Shown one piece after another: positions 11,940-20,942 of a DNA stretch of 59,782 bases (position 1 is its first letter; every line of letters begins with the position of its first letter). Location of the stretch: NCBI GenBank assembly GCA_029210775.1, contig JARGGI010000004.1:1-59782 (forward strand). The letters are read 5' to 3'. Below the pieces are notes generated by a model. The model was not told the DNA's origin, made no database searches, and saw only the letters and a program-made list of their open reading frames with translations. This DNA is from Patescibacteria group bacterium. Lineage in GTDB: Bacteria; Patescibacteriota; Minisyncoccia; JAHIHE01; JAGLIN01. The position numbers and the translations under genes were made by a program.

Positions 11940-13001
11940 ATGGGAGTGTTTAATAAAAAATTAAATGTCTTTGGACTTGATTTAAGTGATCGATCGATTA
12001 AAGTTGCATTGCTTGTAAAAAAAGGAAAAAAAACAATTTTGCATTCTTATGGCAGGGTGGAGATTCCAGAAGGTGTTATAAAAGACGGCGAGATAATAAA
12101 TAAAGAAGAAACAGCAGAACTGATTAAAAAGGTTTTGGCAAATTCAAAGCCAAATCCTATAAAATCTAAATTTGTTATCTATTCTATACCAGAGCCAAAA
12201 GGATTTATTAGGGTTGTAAAAATTCCCTATACGGAAGAAAAAAATATTGAACAGGCAGTGAGATATGAAGCAGAGCAACTTTTTCCAATTGATATTAATG
12301 AATCATATGTAGATTGGCAAGTTATTTCTGAAGATAAAAAGATCCTACAAATTATAGTTGCAGTTGTGCCAAGGCCTCTTGTTGATTCCTATTCTGATGT
12401 TATGAGGCTTGCTGGATTAAAACCATTTGCTGCTGAAATAGAATCTATTGCGATAACACGAAGCTTGATAAATGATAAGCAATCTTTGAGGCCTATATTG
12501 GTTATTGATTTAGGAAAAGATAGAACAAGTTTTATAATTTTCAAAAACCCCGCTGTTCAGTTTACTGCCAGTATTCCTGTTTGTGGAGATGAATTTGTAA
12601 ATGTTATATCAAAAAATCTTGGCATAAGTAAGGATGAAGCGGAAAAAATTAAAATTAAATGTGGACTAAAAGTTGAAGATGGATGTAAAGATGTTTTTAA
12701 ATCTATTCAACCTTCATTGCGTGAAATGATAAAATATATTAACAAATTAACAAACTACTATAATGAACATTTTGAGCAAAATGAAGATATTGCAAAAGTG
12801 ATAATTTGTGGAGGCGAATCAAAAATGATAGGTATAAGTTCATTTTTGTCATTGCAAATAAAAAAAGAAATTGAAAAAGGAAATCCTTGGGTTAATATAA
12901 TAAATCCTGATACCAAGGAAATACCTTGTATTTCTCGTGATGACTCTCTTATTTTTACTACAGTTATTGGCTTGGCTCTAAGGGGTATGAATGATTTCTA
13001 A
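11940..13001 (+). CDS. pilM: Type IV pilus assembly protein PilM (actin-like ATPase fold)
   Basis: FGLDLSDRSIKVALL N-terminus, ...VIDLGKDRTSF..., ...ICGGESK... phosphate-binding-like motifs. Position upstream of PilN/PilO. Confidence 0.8.
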   Translation: MGVFNKKLNVFGLDLSDRSIKVALLVKKGKKTILHSYGRVEIPEGVIKDGEIINKEETAELIKKVLANSKPNPIKSKFVIYSIPEPKGFIRVVKIPYTEEKNIEQAVRYEAEQLFPIDINESYVDWQVISEDKKILQIIVAVVPRPLVDSYSDVMRLAGLKPFAAEIESIAITRSLINDKQSLRPILVIDLGKDRTSFIIFKNPAVQFTASIPVCGDEFVNVISKNLGISKDEAEKIKIKCGLKVEDGCKDVFKSIQPSLREMIKYINKLTNYYNEHFEQNEDIAKVIICGGESKMIGISSFLSLQIKKEIEKGNPWVNIINPDTKEIPCISRDDSLIFTTVIGLALRGMNDF

Positions 13002-13017
13002 TTTAATTTTGTAATTT

Positions 13018-13629
13018 ATGATAAAAATCAATTTATTATCTCCTGATGATAAACAAAAACTTAAGTGGGAAAAAATAAATCATTTTGTAATGACAAATTT
13101 TTTAGTTGTATTATTTTCTCAATTTTTTATTGTAGTTATTTTTGTAGCTGTTGTTCAGTATTTAATGTTAGAAAATGATAAAATAAAAAAGGAACTTGAG
13201 AGCATACAGACGGTTTCAGAGGCAAAGGAAATTAATATGATAAAAAATGGAATTAATACATATAAAAAGCAGTCCAGGTTTTTTTATACAATTAGGGATA
13301 ATCGTGTTTATTGGGTAAATGTTTTAGAAAAATTTAGTTATCTTGTTCCTTCAGGAGTAATGATAACAAATATTAGTATTGCTCCAAAGGATACTGTGAC
13401 TGTGTCAAAAAAGAACGCAAAAGAAGAGCCAGTTTTAGATAAAAATAATGACAAATTAGATGTGAATATCATGGGCGTTTCAAAAACAATAGACGATCTT
13501 TTAATTTTTGAGAACAATCTTAAGAGTTCTGATATTTTCGTTGATTTCAAAATTGATCCAAGAAATTATGATAGTGAAAACTTTCGATATGTTTTGTCAA
13601 TTAGCAAGGATAATCTTGTTTTTGAATAA
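13018..13629 (+). CDS. pilN: PilN-like bitopic pilus alignment protein
   Basis: MIKINLL N-terminus, single TM, coiled segment. Directly follows pilM. Confidence 0.6.
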   Translation: MIKINLLSPDDKQKLKWEKINHFVMTNFLVVLFSQFFIVVIFVAVVQYLMLENDKIKKELESIQTVSEAKEINMIKNGINTYKKQSRFFYTIRDNRVYWVNVLEKFSYLVPSGVMITNISIAPKDTVTVSKKNAKEEPVLDKNNDKLDVNIMGVSKTIDDLLIFENNLKSSDIFVDFKIDPRNYDSENFRYVLSISKDNLVFE

Positions 13630-13661
13630 ATATATCTTAATTGATCGTATTAGTATTTATT

Positions 13662-14216
13662 ATGAAAAAAACAGAGAAAAAAGTATATATTAAAATAGCA
13701 CTGTTAATTTCGATTGGTTTGGGATTATTATACGCTGAGTGTTTTTATTTGCCCGAAATAGTTAAAAGTAAAAGTTTAGAAATAATTGAAAACAAAAAAC
13801 AATTAAGGGAATTTAAAAAACAAAATGAACAAATAGAAAATATTAAAGCTAATTATGAAGAGATTCAGAATAATATGGAGAAGGTTTCTGAATATATTGT
13901 TGAATATGAAAAAATATTTAATTTCAGGTCTGAGATTGAAAACATAGCAAAAAAAAGCAATGTCAATTTAGATATAAGTATTTCAAGCAATGAAAAAACT
14001 TTTGTAAATAATAATTTATCTTTCGTAAATTATAGACTTAGAGCTTCGGGTGATTTTAATAAAATAATGTCTTTTTTGAATTTTATGGAAAATTTAAGAT
14101 ATTATAATGAGATAGAAAAAATAAGAATTTCAAATGAAGAAAAAAATGAAAATGAATATATAGTTCTTGAGCTTGACTTAAAAGTATATGTTCGTGATGA
14201 TAATAGTAAAAACTAA
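13662..14216 (+). CDS. pilO: PilO-like bitopic protein (TM + coiled coil)
   Basis: The ATG at 13662 (MKKTEKKVYIKIALLISIG...) is preferred over the TTG at 13641. One TM, then a long coiled coil. Follows pilN. Confidence 0.5.
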   Translation: MKKTEKKVYIKIALLISIGLGLLYAECFYLPEIVKSKSLEIIENKKQLREFKKQNEQIENIKANYEEIQNNMEKVSEYIVEYEKIFNFRSEIENIAKKSNVNLDISISSNEKTFVNNNLSFVNYRLRASGDFNKIMSFLNFMENLRYYNEIEKIRISNEEKNENEYIVLELDLKVYVRDDNSKN

Positions 14217-14218
14217 AT

Positions 14219-14638
14219 ATGAAAAAAATCAAAAAAATCAAAACTAAATTTTCAGGAAATGATTTAAAAAAAATATTAAATATTTTTCTTAGATTTAGAT
14301 ATTTGTTTATTTTGTTGTTTTTAGGCTCATTATTTATTTTTTCATTCAAATTTATTTACGAACATGCGTATATGAATATTCAATATATAGACTATAAAGA
14401 GTATGAAAATCAGATAATATATAATGTTAAATCAGAGAACAAAAAGCTTAGTAATCTACTTAACGATTTAAATGAAGATAGGGTTAAATTTGAAAGTGAG
14501 TTGAATAAGGAATATAGCAATCCATTTGAATTTGGAATAGAAGATGTTTTGATAATTGATGAATTAGATATAAATAAAGAAGAGAATAAATTAAGTGAAC
14601 AAATTATTGACTCAGAAGAGGACTTAGGAACAAAATAA
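14219..14638 (+). CDS. Small single-pass membrane protein ending cluster 1
   Basis: 139 aa, one TM (YLFILLFLGSLFIFSF), charged coiled tail. An equivalent small TM ORF follows PilO in cluster 2 (20941-21150). Confidence 0.5.
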   Translation: MKKIKKIKTKFSGNDLKKILNIFLRFRYLFILLFLGSLFIFSFKFIYEHAYMNIQYIDYKEYENQIIYNVKSENKKLSNLLNDLNEDRVKFESELNKEYSNPFEFGIEDVLIIDELDINKEENKLSEQIIDSEEDLGTK

Positions 14639-14780
14639 TGATTTAGTTAATAATGAGCCTATTGACCTAAATTAAATTTTTTGTTAGCATTACAAAATAG
14701 TATATTTGATGTATAATATATTTCAATTATTTATATATTTTCTTTTCAAAATATAGCAATTTGTGCTATTCATTTTTTAT

Positions 14781-14852
14781 GTCCTCGTAGTTCAACGGAT
14801 AGAACGGGAGCCTTCTAAGCTCTTGATGTAGGTTCGATTCCTGCCGGGGACA
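14781..14852 (+). tRNA. tRNA-Arg (anticodon TCT)
   Basis: Cloverleaf by hand. Acceptor GTCCTCG/CGGGGAC, D arm GTTC-AACGGATA-GAAC, anticodon arm GGAGC-CTTCTAA-GCTCT, T arm GTAGG-TTCGATT-CCTGC, discriminator A. No encoded CCA. Confidence 0.9.
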
Positions 14853-15003
14853 CAAACTATTTTTAAATTAGGTATCTTTAAATTTTTGATTTGGGTTTTT
14901 CCTGGCAATTTGCTCATTACAGGTAGTGGCTTAAGGATTGTTGCTGGACACAAATTTTTTAATTTAGAAATTTATTATTGTTATTTGGGTTCTTTTCCTG
15001 ATG
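14836..15003 (+). repeat. Direct duplication (~65 nt, imperfect) of the tRNA-Arg 3' end plus downstream flank
   Basis: GATTCCTGCCGGGGACACAAACTATTTTTAAATTAG...TTGATTTGGGTTTTTCCTG (14836-) versus GATTGTTGCTGGACACAAATTTTTTAATTTAG...TTATTTGGGTTCTTTTCCTG (14935-). Offset is ~98 bp. Confidence 0.6.
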
Positions 15004-15042
15004 CTTAATAATTGATGTTAAAATATTAATAGTTGATATAAC

Positions 15043-15067
15043 AAAAAGCATATGAATGCTTTTTTTA
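15043..15067 (+). terminator. Intrinsic terminator-like hairpin (AAAAAGCAT-ATGA-ATGCTTTTTTT)
   Basis: Stem AAAAGCAT/ATGCTTTT, 4-nt loop, T-run. Downstream of tRNA-Arg. Confidence 0.5.
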
Positions 15068-15070
15068 GTA

Positions 15071-15099
15071 TTTACTTTTAGTATGAATTATGCTATAAT
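15071..15099 (+). promoter_or_regulatory. Putative promoter TTTACT-17-TGcTATAAT
   Basis: -35 at 15071-15076, extended -10 TG at 15091-15092, TATAAT at 15094-15099. Upstream of the ORF at 15152. Confidence 0.45.
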
Positions 15100-15151
15100 T
15101 AAAACATTAAAATATAAAATAATAAATATAAAATTAATTTAGAACAAAAAA

Positions 15152-16678
15152 ATGACAAAAAAGACGAATGGCACAATTAGTCGCATGTCTTTGAAATTTA
15201 GAAATTGGAAAATTAAAAATAAAATAATTTTTGGATTTTTTATTGTCTCATTTATATATAGTTTAGTTAGTATATATGTTATTTACTATAATATTTATCG
15301 AACCGAAAAAAATAATAATGAGATGCATATAATTCATAAATTAATAATTCATCAAAAAGAAGCAGAATTATTATTAAGAGATTATTATTTTATTGATGAT
15401 AAGTCTCAATTAAATAAGATAGACATAGAATTAAAAAGAAATGAATTTAGGGAAAGAATAAATAATTATGAAGATTTAAAAAATAATAAAGGAGATGATA
15501 TCATTATATCTGATTTAAAAAACGGATCTGATGATTTTTTTGTTTTAGCAAAAGAATTTATTAATTTGCATAATGCAAGAATTGAATCAGAACATGAATT
15601 TGAAAAATATTATCAGATTGAGAAAGATTTGAGATATTCAATTACAGATTCTGTATTAAGCACAAAAGAAAGCGATATTATTGCATCTTATTATATTTTT
15701 TCATACAAAGGCAAAGAGGCCCTTTTCCAATTTAGAGATAAAGAGCATTTTGATGACTGGCATAGTGCAATTGAAGATTTTGATAGAAAAATAAATGATA
15801 AAAATTTAATTAAAGAAGGTTTAATTAAAGAATATCATTTGACAGCCGAAAAACTTGAACAGCTGGTATTGAGAATAGAAGAAATTAAAAGCAATGAGGT
15901 TAAAAAACTTTCTCAGATAAAAAGAGTAGAAATTTTAATTTCACAATTACAAAATAAATCTGATTCAATAAATATGAATAACTCAGAAATGCTTGTTGAA
16001 AATTTAGTAATTTATGGTTTCTTTTTAATATTGTTAACCTTTCTGTTAATTATTATTATTGGATATATAGTTGCATATTATATATCAAATCCAATTATTA
16101 AAATTTCAAAATTTGCAGAACAAATCGGAAAAGATAATTATACACAAAGAATTGAAATTAATTCTAATGATGAAATTGGACAAACAGCAAAAGTTCTAAA
16201 CGATACATTGGACAAGATTAAGGAATCAAAAGAGATTTTAGAAATTAAAGTAAATGCGAGAACAAGGAGACTAAAAAATTTAACTGATGAATTAGATAAT
16301 AAAGTTAAAGATAGAACTAAAAAGTTAAATAAAAATATTGAAGAGTTGGAGAGGTTTAATAATTTGGCCATTGACAGGGAATTAAAAATGATTGAATTAA
16401 AAAAAGAAATAAAAAAATTAAAACAAGGAGTTTGCACTATAGACAAATATGATTTAAGCGATGATAAAAAGAGGGAACCTCAAAATTGTTGGGAATATTG
16501 GAATTGCAAAAAGGATATACGGGAAAATTGTGAGTCATATAAAACTAACTCTGGAAAAGAATGTTGGCTTGTGGCCTCGGGTCAATGTCCTCGTTCAAAA
16601 GAAAGAGGTATAAAGGATTGCCAAAATTGCAGTTGGTATAAAATTATAAATAAGAGTAATTACTTAATTAATAACTAA
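15152..16678 (+). CDS. Membrane sensor protein: 2 TM + periplasmic helical domain + HAMP + coiled coil + C-terminal Cys-rich (CW...CW) module, no catalytic output
   Basis: TM1 near residue 30, TM2 near residue 295. HAMP-like segment (PIIKISKFAEQIGKDNYTQRIEINSNDEIGQTAKVLNDTLDKI). Coiled coil LEIKVNARTRRL...VKDRTKKL. C-terminus NCWEYWNC...NC...ECWLVASGQC...DCQNC has 7 Cys. Confidence 0.7.
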   Translation: MTKKTNGTISRMSLKFRNWKIKNKIIFGFFIVSFIYSLVSIYVIYYNIYRTEKNNNEMHIIHKLIIHQKEAELLLRDYYFIDDKSQLNKIDIELKRNEFRERINNYEDLKNNKGDDIIISDLKNGSDDFFVLAKEFINLHNARIESEHEFEKYYQIEKDLRYSITDSVLSTKESDIIASYYIFSYKGKEALFQFRDKEHFDDWHSAIEDFDRKINDKNLIKEGLIKEYHLTAEKLEQLVLRIEEIKSNEVKKLSQIKRVEILISQLQNKSDSINMNNSEMLVENLVIYGFFLILLTFLLIIIIGYIVAYYISNPIIKISKFAEQIGKDNYTQRIEINSNDEIGQTAKVLNDTLDKIKESKEILEIKVNARTRRLKNLTDELDNKVKDRTKKLNKNIEELERFNNLAIDRELKMIELKKEIKKLKQGVCTIDKYDLSDDKKREPQNCWEYWNCKKDIRENCESYKTNSGKECWLVASGQCPRSKERGIKDCQNCSWYKIINKSNYLINN

Positions 16679-16687
16679 TATAATAAT

Positions 16688-17866
16688 ATGACAACAAAAG
16701 CGTCAGTCGGGTCAAGCTCTGAAGTTGATCCTAAAAAAGCGGGTAGTAATGCTTGTAGAGAAGCGTTGGGGAATTTAAAAAATCCAAAATTATTAATTGT
16801 ATTTGCATCTTCAAAATACAATCAACAAGAATTGATTTCTTCAATTAGAGAAGTTAGTGGCGATGTTCCATTAATTGGATGTAGTACAGCGGGTGAAATT
16901 ACTAATAATGGTCCATTCAAGGAAAGTGTTGCTATTATGGCAATTGAAAGTGATGAAATGCGTATTGTTACAGCGGATGGTGGCAAAATAAGTCCAAGTC
17001 CAAGAGAGGCAGGGTCTAGGCTTGCAAAAGAAATAATAAAAAAAACTGGAGGTGAGAGCGTTAATGCTATATTAATGCTCATTGATGTGTTAACTGGAAA
17101 TGGAGCCGATACGGTTCGTGGTGTTCGAGATATTACAAAAGATAATAATTTAATTATTGGAGGAGCTGCAGGCGATGATTTTGATTTTAAAAAAACAACT
17201 CAGTATTATAACGACAAAGCATTATCCTCTTCAATTGTTGGTGTTGGAATATCTGGAGATAATATTATTAATGTTGGTGTGAGACATGGATGGGTACCAA
17301 TTGGGACAGTTATGAAAGTAACAAAATCAGATGGAGCAGTTTTACAAGAAATTGATGGAAAACCAGCTGTTTATATATATGAAGATTATTTTGGAAAAAA
17401 AGCAGAAGAATTAAGAGAAGAACCTCTTGCAAAAATGGCTATAACATATCCATTAGGTATGACCATTGAGGGTAGTGACGAGCTTCTTGTTAGAGATCCA
17501 ATTACCGTTGATGAAAATGGTGCTATTACTTGCGCTGCTGAAGTTCCTGTTGGTTCTGAAATCAGATTAATGATTGGTAATAAAGAAGAAGCAATTAAAG
17601 CAGCAGAAGAAGCAGCAACTATAGCACTTGAAAATTTAAATGGGAAAGAACCAGCTGGTGCTATAATATTTAATTGTATAGCTAGAAATAAATTATTTGG
17701 AAGGTTTGCAAAAGATGAAATTAATGCGATTCGACAAGTATTGGGTGAAAAAACTCCAATAATCGGATTTTATACATATGGAGAGATTGCACCTTTTAAT
17801 GGTAAAAGTAATTTAATATGTAGATTTCATAATGAGACAGCAGTTATTATGGTGTTTGGAAAATAG
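16688..17866 (+). CDS. FIST domain signal-transduction protein (FIST_N + FIST_C)
   Basis: 392 aa, cytoplasmic. Characteristic GCSTAGEI and GFYTYGEIAP segments and overall length typical of FIST proteins. Confidence 0.75.
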   Translation: MTTKASVGSSSEVDPKKAGSNACREALGNLKNPKLLIVFASSKYNQQELISSIREVSGDVPLIGCSTAGEITNNGPFKESVAIMAIESDEMRIVTADGGKISPSPREAGSRLAKEIIKKTGGESVNAILMLIDVLTGNGADTVRGVRDITKDNNLIIGGAAGDDFDFKKTTQYYNDKALSSSIVGVGISGDNIINVGVRHGWVPIGTVMKVTKSDGAVLQEIDGKPAVYIYEDYFGKKAEELREEPLAKMAITYPLGMTIEGSDELLVRDPITVDENGAITCAAEVPVGSEIRLMIGNKEEAIKAAEEAATIALENLNGKEPAGAIIFNCIARNKLFGRFAKDEINAIRQVLGEKTPIIGFYTYGEIAPFNGKSNLICRFHNETAVIMVFGK

Positions 17867-17898
17867 TAACCTAATATAGCGTCTTATAATAATCATAG

Positions 17899-18018
17899 TT
17901 TTAATTACTTTGAATTACGAAATATTGTCGAACTATGATAAATTTATCGTGTTTGCTACTTTTCGAAAAGCTCAAAGTGACAAATATATTAAATTTTGAA
18001 TTCGAAGTAATTACTAAA
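17899..18018. mobile_element. MITE-like element, degenerate and deleted copy of the TTTGAATTACGAAAT family
   Basis: Ends AATTACTTTGAATTACGAAAT ... ATTTTGAATTCGAAGTAATT are inverted. Interior carries the hairpin module TGTCACTTTGAGCTTTTCGAAAAGTAG (on the reverse strand) and a truncated CATAGTTCGACA module. Aligns with the copy at 48258-48378. Confidence 0.6.
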
Positions 18019-18037
18019 ATTATTAAAGCTATAACAT

Positions 18038-19423
18038 ATGTCATTAAATGATAAAAAGGAAGATACTCATAATATATCGCAATTTGAGTATAAAAGTGAA
18101 ATAGAAAAGCTTTCTAAACTTTTAGTTAGGCGTGATTTAGAATTGACAAAAGTTAATAGTGAACTTGATGAGAAAATATTAGAACTCGAAAAATCCAATA
18201 AGGAATTACTTGATATGAAGGATGTTTTAGAAATCAGATTAAATGCTAAAACAAGACAGTTAAGAGAGGTTATAAGTGGACTTGATCAACAGGTTAAAGA
18301 AAGAACTATAAAATTAGAAAAATCCCAAAAAGCATTAATGAATATTTTGGAAGATATTCAATTTGAAAAAAAAATTGCACAAGATGAAAGAAACAAAACA
18401 GATTCTATTATTTCAAATTTTTCTGATGGACTATTAATATTTAATAATGATAATGATTTGACGACCGTTAATAAGATGGCAGAAAAATATCTAAATATCA
18501 AGAGAGAAAAAATAGAAGGAAGAAACATTAGGAATCTTTATGAGGTTAATGAATTAAAATCAATTATTGAAGTAATTGGGATTGATATTAAAGATGTTTT
18601 TAGAAAGGAAGTTAAAATTGACGAAGAAAATATTTTGGAATTAACTGTATCTTCTACAAAGCAAGATAATAAAAATATTAGTAAGTTTTTAATTTTACAT
18701 AATATAACTCGAGAAAAAAAAGTCCAATTATTAAAAACTGAATTTGTTTCAATAGCTGCACATCAACTAAGAACGCCATTGTCTGCTATTAAGTGGACAC
18801 TAACTACACTATTAGATGGAGATCTCGGGGAGCTTAATGAGCAACAAATAAATTATCTTAAAAAAACAAATTTATCTAATGAAAGAATGATTGATTTAGT
18901 AGATGATTTATTAAATCTATCAAGAATAGAAGAAGGGAAATATATTCAAGTTGAGGACTTTATAAAAATAGAGGATCTTGTAAATGAGGTCTTGCAAGAA
19001 GTTGAGATTAAGGTTAACAAAAAAAAATTATTAATTGATTTTAAACAAGATAAAGATATTTCAAAGATATCTGTTGATAAGGAAAAAATTAAACTTGTAA
19101 TTCAGAATTTAGTTGAAAACGCAGTTAATTATTGTTATGAAAAGACTAAAATTTATATCAGTCTGACGGAAGATAGAAAAAAAAATGAAATACAATTTAA
19201 AATAACTAATTCGGGGATTGGTATACCAGAGAAAGTTAAACGAAGAATGTTTACGAAGTTTTTTAGGGCTGAAAATGCTCTTAAAACAGAGACTGTAGGT
19301 TCTGGGTTGGGATTGTTTATTAACAAAAATATTATTGAATCTCATGGTGGAAAAATATGGTTTGACTCAGAAGAAGGTAAAGATACGATTTTTTATTTTA
19401 TTTTACCAATTAAAAAAAAGTAG
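18038..19423 (+). CDS. Soluble histidine kinase: coiled coil + PAS + HisKA + HATPase_c
   Basis: No TM. N-terminal coiled coil LEIRLNAKTRQL...VKERTIKL, PAS-like region (ISNFSDGLLIFNND...), H-box SIAAHQLRTPLSAI, N-box ENAVNY, G1 NSGIGIP, G2 GSGLGL. Confidence 0.85.
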   Translation: MSLNDKKEDTHNISQFEYKSEIEKLSKLLVRRDLELTKVNSELDEKILELEKSNKELLDMKDVLEIRLNAKTRQLREVISGLDQQVKERTIKLEKSQKALMNILEDIQFEKKIAQDERNKTDSIISNFSDGLLIFNNDNDLTTVNKMAEKYLNIKREKIEGRNIRNLYEVNELKSIIEVIGIDIKDVFRKEVKIDEENILELTVSSTKQDNKNISKFLILHNITREKKVQLLKTEFVSIAAHQLRTPLSAIKWTLTTLLDGDLGELNEQQINYLKKTNLSNERMIDLVDDLLNLSRIEEGKYIQVEDFIKIEDLVNEVLQEVEIKVNKKKLLIDFKQDKDISKISVDKEKIKLVIQNLVENAVNYCYEKTKIYISLTEDRKKNEIQFKITNSGIGIPEKVKRRMFTKFFRAENALKTETVGSGLGLFINKNIIESHGGKIWFDSEEGKDTIFYFILPIKKK

Positions 19424-19615
19424 GAGAATTTTTAAAGCAGTTTTAATCCTATGGGTATATTTATTGTGATTATATAATAAAATAAATATACCTTGAATTT
19501 GTTCATTATGTGTGATATTATTAACTTAATATTGCTATTATATAAAAAAGAAAAGAAAGGATATAAAAAAGTATATTAGGCCTATAAAATGTTTAAATAA
19601 TAAATTTGATATATT

Positions 19616-19987
19616 ATGAAAAAGAAAATATTAATTATTGAAGACGAGGAGATATTGGGGACACTATTAAAGGAAAAAATATCTGAAAGAGGTTATGATG
19701 TTTTGCTTGCAATAGACGGAGAAGAAGGTCTTGCTCTTATGAAAAGTGATAAGCCAGATTTACTTTTATTGGACATTGTAATGCCAAAAATTGATGGGTT
19801 TGGAGTGATGGAAGAAATGAATAAAACTAAGGATTTGAATTTAAATAAAATTCCAGTTGTAATTATATCAAATTCTGGTCAACCTGTGGAAATTGACAAA
19901 GTTCTTAAATTTGGAGTAAAGGATTATCTTATAAAAACCCAATTTAATCCAGAAGAAGTCATTGAGAAAATTGAAAAATATCTGTGA
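19616..19987 (+). CDS. Stand-alone response-regulator receiver
   Basis: 123 aa. IIEDEE, LLLLDIVMPKIDG, SNSG, DYLIKT. Confidence 0.85.
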   Translation: MKKKILIIEDEEILGTLLKEKISERGYDVLLAIDGEEGLALMKSDKPDLLLLDIVMPKIDGFGVMEEMNKTKDLNLNKIPVVIISNSGQPVEIDKVLKFGVKDYLIKTQFNPEEVIEKIEKYL

Positions 19988-20037
19988 TTTGTTTTTTTCA
20001 AATTGTTTTAATTGAAAAATAAATTAAATTTATATAT

Positions 20038-20895
20038 ATGTCAAAAAAAATACTTATTATGGAAGATGAAAAGATATTACAGAATATTTTAGTGAAAAAG
20101 CTTTTAGAAAATAATTACGAAGTTAAGGCTGTTGATGATGGTGTGCAGGGGATTACAGCTATTGAAGATGGCTATGATCCTGATTTAATTTTGCTTGATA
20201 TGTTGATGCCAAATATTGATGGTTTTCAAGTTTTAGAGAGATTAAAAAATGATGAAAAATATTCATTAATTCCGATTATTATTATATCAAATTCAGGACA
20301 ACCAGTAGAGGTTGACAGGGCACTGTCTTTTGGAGTTGTAGATTATCTAATTAAGTCTGATTTTGATCCGAATGAGGTTTTGGAAAAAATTAAAAAATAT
20401 TTTGATAAAAATGATTCTATAGAAACGAAAATTGAAAGAAAAGATGTTGTCGAAGAAGAAGAAGAGGAGGAAGAAGAAAAGGAAAAAAATGATGTCGTGA
20501 TTGATAATGCAAAAAAAATAAAGATACTATTAGTAGAGGATGATGATTTCTTAAGAGACATTTGTAAAATTAAATTGGAAAAGGAGCAATTTGATGTCAT
20601 TACTTCTGCTAATGGAATAGATGCATTAAAAAAAATTCAGGAAGAAAATCCTCAATTGGTTTTATTGGATGTAATTTTACCAGGCATGGATGGCTTTGAT
20701 ATATTAAAAAATATTAAGAATAATTCAAAAACATCATCAATTCCAATTATTATGCTTACAAATTTAGGGCAAACCGATGAAGTTGATAGAGGTATTAGTC
20801 TTGGGGCTGAGGATTATATAATAAAAGCACATTTTACAGTTGGTGAGATAATAGATAAAGTAAGAACTGTAATTAAAAGAAAAAACATAGAATAA
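20038..20895 (+). CDS. Double-receiver response regulator (REC-polyGlu linker-REC), no output domain
   Basis: REC1 (LILLDMLMPNIDG), acidic linker VVEEEEEEEEEKEKND, REC2 (LVLLDVILPGMDG). Confidence 0.8.
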   Translation: MSKKILIMEDEKILQNILVKKLLENNYEVKAVDDGVQGITAIEDGYDPDLILLDMLMPNIDGFQVLERLKNDEKYSLIPIIIISNSGQPVEVDRALSFGVVDYLIKSDFDPNEVLEKIKKYFDKNDSIETKIERKDVVEEEEEEEEEKEKNDVVIDNAKKIKILLVEDDDFLRDICKIKLEKEQFDVITSANGIDALKKIQEENPQLVLLDVILPGMDGFDILKNIKNNSKTSSIPIIMLTNLGQTDEVDRGISLGAEDYIIKAHFTVGEIIDKVRTVIKRKNIE

Positions 20896-20916
20896 TGTTT
20901 TTAAATAGTGAATTTT

Positions 20917-20942
20917 AAAAACAGAGATTTTTCTGTTTTTTT
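20917..20942. terminator. Weak AT-rich bidirectional hairpin between the convergent operons
   Basis: AAAAACAGA-GATTTT-TCTGTTTTT with A- and T-runs on both sides. Sits between the stop at 20895 (+) and the stop at 20941 (-). Confidence 0.35.

Noticed and set aside
13508-13693. 61-aa ORF on the + strand overlapping the pilN 3' end and pilO start
   Set aside because: It is an out-of-frame overlap with two syntenic pilus genes, with no SD.
14781-15100. Integrated prophage or genomic island at tRNA-Arg
   Set aside because: Only ~30 nt of unique sequence lies between the duplicated tRNA 3' segments. No integrase or phage gene follows. It was kept only as an att-like scar.
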